NCBI GenBank assembly: GCA_964035545.1
Contig: OZ037772.1
Location: forward strand, 12,336,818-12,400,817
Direction: 5' to 3'
Length of the DNA stretch: 64,000 nt
Origin: Bugula neritina
Lineage: Eukaryota > Animalia > Bryozoa
Shown here: piece by piece, positions 50,265 through 64,000 of the stretch
Layout of the letters: each line of letters begins with the position of its first letter
How positions within the stretch are numbered: the first letter of the stretch is position 1
The notes under the pieces: model-generated
Databases searched by the model: none
What the model saw: the letters and a program-made list of their open reading frames with translations, nothing else
What the model was told of the DNA's origin: nothing
Translations under genes and position numbers: made by a program

Positions 50265-53200
50265 ATGAGTGAAGTGAAAAGGAAAAGATATGCAAGGGAG
50301 AAGAAGGGACCAGGTTCCGTGAAAACAATAGTAAGTTGTTACCATCATAACATATACTGTGGAGGTTTCTTTATAGAATCGTATTCAGCTTGACATAATA
50401 TAGGCTTGTTTTTGTTAAATAATGAATTAATAGTGTATGGCACAGTTGGGTGTGTTATATAGTAGCATGCTTAATGTTTCTGACCATAGGCAGGATATAA
50501 TGAAAAATGTCAACCGATGATTGCAGTTGTATTCGGTGAAAGTGACCAATCAAATGCGGTACAAATAGGTATCCTTTAGTTTACTGTAAGAATATGATTG
50601 TGTGACCTGATTTCCTAAAACTGTAACGTTTAGACTAATGTTTATAGCAGCTTGGAACTAGGTGCTGTTCAACCTAGTAATTTATCATGTTGAGTTACCT
50701 GCATCACTATGTAGAGGATATATTTTTAAGCATGAAAATTAAAAATATAATGATTAAAGGATAAAGTTGAATACTAGGTCTACCATGTCAGAATATAAAG
50801 TTGAACAGCCTGCCCATAGCATACTGTCAATAAACTCTACTGTTTAGGCTGCCAGTATTTGGTTAGTCAACACGGCATGTCTTGTATTTATGAAGCTACA
50901 TTGTATTGTAGTGTTCTGAGAAGGTTGTCAAACGGTTGGAGAAGAAACGAATTGAGCAAAGAAAGGCTCACACGGCTGCTGGTAGAGAATTACTTACTAG
51001 TTGTATATGAAACATTTATATTGGTAACAGTATCATATTATTATATATGATATACTGTGTATATATGATATATTAGTATGTAACATACTGTATAATATAC
51101 TCGTAACAGTGACATGCAGTCGCAAGGCAGCAGAGTTTATGCTGCCGGAAGAGTCGGGGTATTTAGAAGCTGATGAAGGGGAGGCAACTGCTGACATTTC
51201 TCAAGATGACATCGTCAAACTGGTTGACATTCAGTCTGCACATAAGGTAGGCGAAGCTAGTTGCAGGAAGTAGTGATGTGGGCGGAGCTAGTTACAGGAA
51301 GTAGTGATGTAGGCGGAGCTAGTTACAGGAAGTAGTGATGTAGGCGGAGCTAGTTACAGGAAGTAGTGAAGGTGGCGCAACTTCATGCATTTACTTCAAC
51401 TTGGTTCTAATTTTCAAATAAATCTCAATTTGAATTGAGCCGTGACAAAAAAGGAAACAATTACCCGCCACCCGCGCAGGACCACGGCGGTGAAAGGTGA
51501 CAAAAAAGGAAACAATTAGTGTTGTTACCTGATATGTCTCTTCTTCAGCGTCTGACATTATTTTACAGCACTTCACACTCTCCCTGAAGGACTTTGGACC
51601 CTACACCATCGACTACTCCTCTAACGGACGTCACCTGGCTCTGGCCGGCAGCAGAGGTCACGCCGCTGTCGTAGACTGGCAGCCCAAGAAGTTGAAGTGC
51701 GAGTTTAACGTCATGGAAACTGTGCATGACGTCAAGTGAGTGAGAGTTGTCTTCTATCAGACCTCTACTAGTAACTCACTCTACTAGTAACTCACTCTCT
51801 AGTAACTCACTCTACTAGTAACTCACTCTACTAGTAACTCACTCTACTAGTAACTCACTCTACTAGTAACTCACTCTGCTAGTAACTCACTCTGCTAGTA
51901 ACTCACTCTACTAGTAACTCACTCTACTAGTAACTCACTCTCTAGTAACTCACTCTACTAGTAATCCACTCTGCTAGTAACTCACTCTACTAGTAACTCA
52001 CTCTACTAGTAACTCACTTTCTATCTGTAGGTATCTTCACAACGAGACGATGCTGGCTGTAGCTCAACGCCAGTGGGTTTACATCTACGACAACGAGGGA
52101 ATAGAGTTACATTGTCTCAAGGCTCTCGACTCGCCTCTACAGCTGCAGTTTCTCCCTCACCATTTCCTGTTAGCTTGCTCAGTAAGTATGCAGTTATCAT
52201 TTCTTAGTATATGCTGATGTGTTTTCTATACATACACTCCTTATATTAGTAATATATTTTGAAATATTAATTTTATATTATTTACTTTACTGAATCTTGA
52301 AATTTACTATTCAGAAACTTGAGAATTCCAGTTTTCTAATTATTGTGTTCAATTAAATTTTTTGTTCTTGTGCAATGAATTGGAGCTAACCGATGGGCAG
52401 TTGGATTGCTTTTCCAAGCAGTATCCTTCATGCTGATTGGCTGATTCTATGACTGTAGAATGCCAAAGGCTACCTAAGTTGGTTAGACGTGAGTATTGGA
52501 GAGAAGGTGGCAGGGTTCCAGACCCACCGAGGTAGACTAAACATGATGGTGCAGAACCCAGGCAATGCCATCGTACATCTGGGCCACTCTCGCGGCTCAG
52601 TCACTCTCTGGAGTCCCAACGTCAAGGAGCCGCTGGTAGAGGTGTTGGCTCACCAGACAGCCGTACGGAGTCTGTGTGTTGATAAAACTGGCAGGTGAGC
52701 GATCTCTTCAGATACTCAGTGATGTCTTCAAATAGTATTTACTGATCTCTTCAGACAGTATTCACTGATCTCTTCAGATAGTATTCACTGATGTCTTCAG
52801 ATAGTATTCACTGATGTCTCTCTCTCCAGGTACATGGCCACGTCTGGTGCGGACAGGAAGGTGAAGATCTGGGACTTGAGGAAATACCAGTGTCTCCATG
52901 AGTTCAAAGTGCCAGCCGGTCCCGGCAGCATGCACTTCTCCAGTCAGGGTCTGTTGGCTGCCGGAGTTGGGAACTCAGTCTTGGTGTACAAGGTTAGTCC
53001 TCCACTCAGATGGTTGTGTGTCGGGCTATGTGTGTCTGTGTGATGTAATCAGTTGGTGTGTATTATGTCATCGGTTCGTATGTACTGGATTTAATCTGCG
53101 TGGTATTTGATGTCACAATCTGGTAAAGCCTCAGTTTCCCTGCTATGTTTAGGATACGCTAGTCAAACCCCCCACACAGGCGTACATGTCTCACGTAGCC

Positions 53201-54158
53201 CTGGGTCCTGTGAAGAAGGTGCAGTTCTGTCCGTATGAAGATATTCTGGGTGTCGGATCTTCTCTTGGCTTTGAGAGTCTCCTTATTCCTGGTAGGCGGG
53301 TCATCTTCGGGTGTATTACTTGAGTACAGTACTTGACTACTTGAGTACAGTACTTGAGTACAGTACTTGACTACTTGAGTACAGTGTTGACTACTTAGGA
53401 TAACTAGAATGGAGAGTGAGTCTCTCAATATACTGACAGCTCATAGTTCTGCTCCCTTGCAAGGTGCTGGTGAACCCAACTTTGACTCAATGGAGGCGAA
53501 TCCTTTCCAGAACAAGAAGCAGAGACAGACGATGGAGGTGAAGCAGCTGCTGGATAAAATACCTCACCACCTCATCACCCTCGAGCATGGTACGCCATCT
53601 TGGATACTATCTCTCTATCTATGTGTACGACTCTGTGTGTTCTAAGGCCACTGCAGTTAGCTGGTTGTGTGTTGTGTGAGAACATTGTCCACTAGTAACT
53701 GACCGTGAAGCTAAGCTGACAGTGCCCTGGTTACCCTCTGCTATACTCCTCTCTGTAGAGTCCATCAAGAAGGTCAGACCAGAAGACGCTGTGATTGAGG
53801 AGAAAAACCGAATTCCCAAGAAGTGGTTGAAGATGCACTATAAGCCAAGTAAATCCAGCATGGAGTCCAAACGTAGATGGGTACGTGATACAACTTTTAT
53901 CAGTGCTAGTAGTAGTAGTAGTAGTAGCAGTAATAGTAGTACTAGTTGTAGTAGTAGTAGTAGTACTAGTAGTATTAGTATTAATAATCTTAATAGTGAT
54001 ATTCTCAAATATCTGCATTCCTTCACTTGTATTTTCACTCACAGGAACTCAGAGGTAAACTCGCTAAGGAGAAGAAAGAGAGAACTAAGAAGTACGAAGA
54101 GGCCAAGAAGAACCCCGCTCCATACGACCCCCTGGCTAGGTTCAAGTTCGGGGGCTGA
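50265..54158 (+). CDS. WDR46: WD repeat-containing protein 46 (UTP7/BING4), ~496 aa
   Basis: Exons 50265-50330, 50912-50981, 51110-51246, 51569-51735, 52031-52181, 52459-52694, 52830-52992, 53153-53291, 53464-53589, 53759-53880, 54045-54158. Motifs [72 protein letters not shown] (BING4CT). The first two exons are less certain. Confidence 0.92.
51762..52020. repeat. 16-bp minisatellite (ctctactagtaactca)
   Basis: About 16 copies ending at a WDR46 acceptor. Confidence 0.95.
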
Positions 54159-54491
54159 GTCCCGCGCCCCTCCTTCTAGCTATATTTATATAATAATGTA
54201 GACACACAGTGTACATAGTCATGTGACTCGGGCTGCTTTGGCAGCTGTAAGACTCTAACACCATCCTATATGCCATGGCCTACGTTTACTCATGGAGTGT
54301 ATATATGTGTATATATGACAATACATGTAATATTAATATACATGTGATATATATATTTTTCATGTGTTATGATTACTCTGCAATAATAGTCCTGCATTTG
54401 TACAATGATTGTGTTGAGTTTTGCATTGCGCCGCAACATAAAGGCTTTGAAATTACATATTTTTCTCAATACAATAGAATACTGAAATAGC

Positions 54492-63753
<9,262 letters not shown>

Positions 63754-64000
63754 GTTGGAGTTATGTTCTTTTTAAAAAGAAACTTTAATAAAGATTCGTG
63801 TGCTGTTAATTTTAATATTTTATTTCAGTGTTTATCTGTTATACTATTAGAAAAATTCAAAAATTAACTTCAAAATGTAGTTTGATTCATTGAGTTTTTA
63901 TACTGCTGTAAAGTTTCTTGACAATGGCTGTAAACAATTTTTTAAAATGAAAAATCAGAATTGTAAATTTGTGCAAAGAATTTGCTGAAGTTTTTAATTC

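Overview
Eukaryotic, AT-rich, intron-dense animal DNA (invertebrate-like; the species cannot be determined from the window). The ORF track is mostly misleading because genes are spliced and many ORFs are translated microsatellites. Manual GT-AG exon chaining with phase checks gives seven genes: (1) + strand 1611-9584, a ~1446-aa protein with a hypervariable 39-aa ankyrin array, a linker of duplicated symmetric exons, and a C-terminal chymotrypsin-fold domain whose apparent triad is His-Asp-CYS (APAH / NDLALL / GDCGS), visible only after splicing; (2,3) two tandem minus-strand secreted S1A serine proteases, each with an N-terminal beta-defensin-like six-cysteine module; (4) a tandem-CAP GAPR-1/GLIPR2-like gene; (5) TBC1D13 head-to-head with (6) WDR46/UTP7; (7) an unrecognised single-pass membrane protein that runs off the window end and hosts an intronic tRNA-Ser(AGA). 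Mobile DNA includes two palindromic Penelope-like remnants in (TA)n tracts carrying four type I hammerhead ribozyme motifs, a 2.7-kb foldback cluster, hAT- and Harbinger-type MITEs and a tRNA-derived SINE. The best candidate for an undescribed system is gene 1, a putative variable-repeat sensor fused to a cellular 3C-like cysteine protease.
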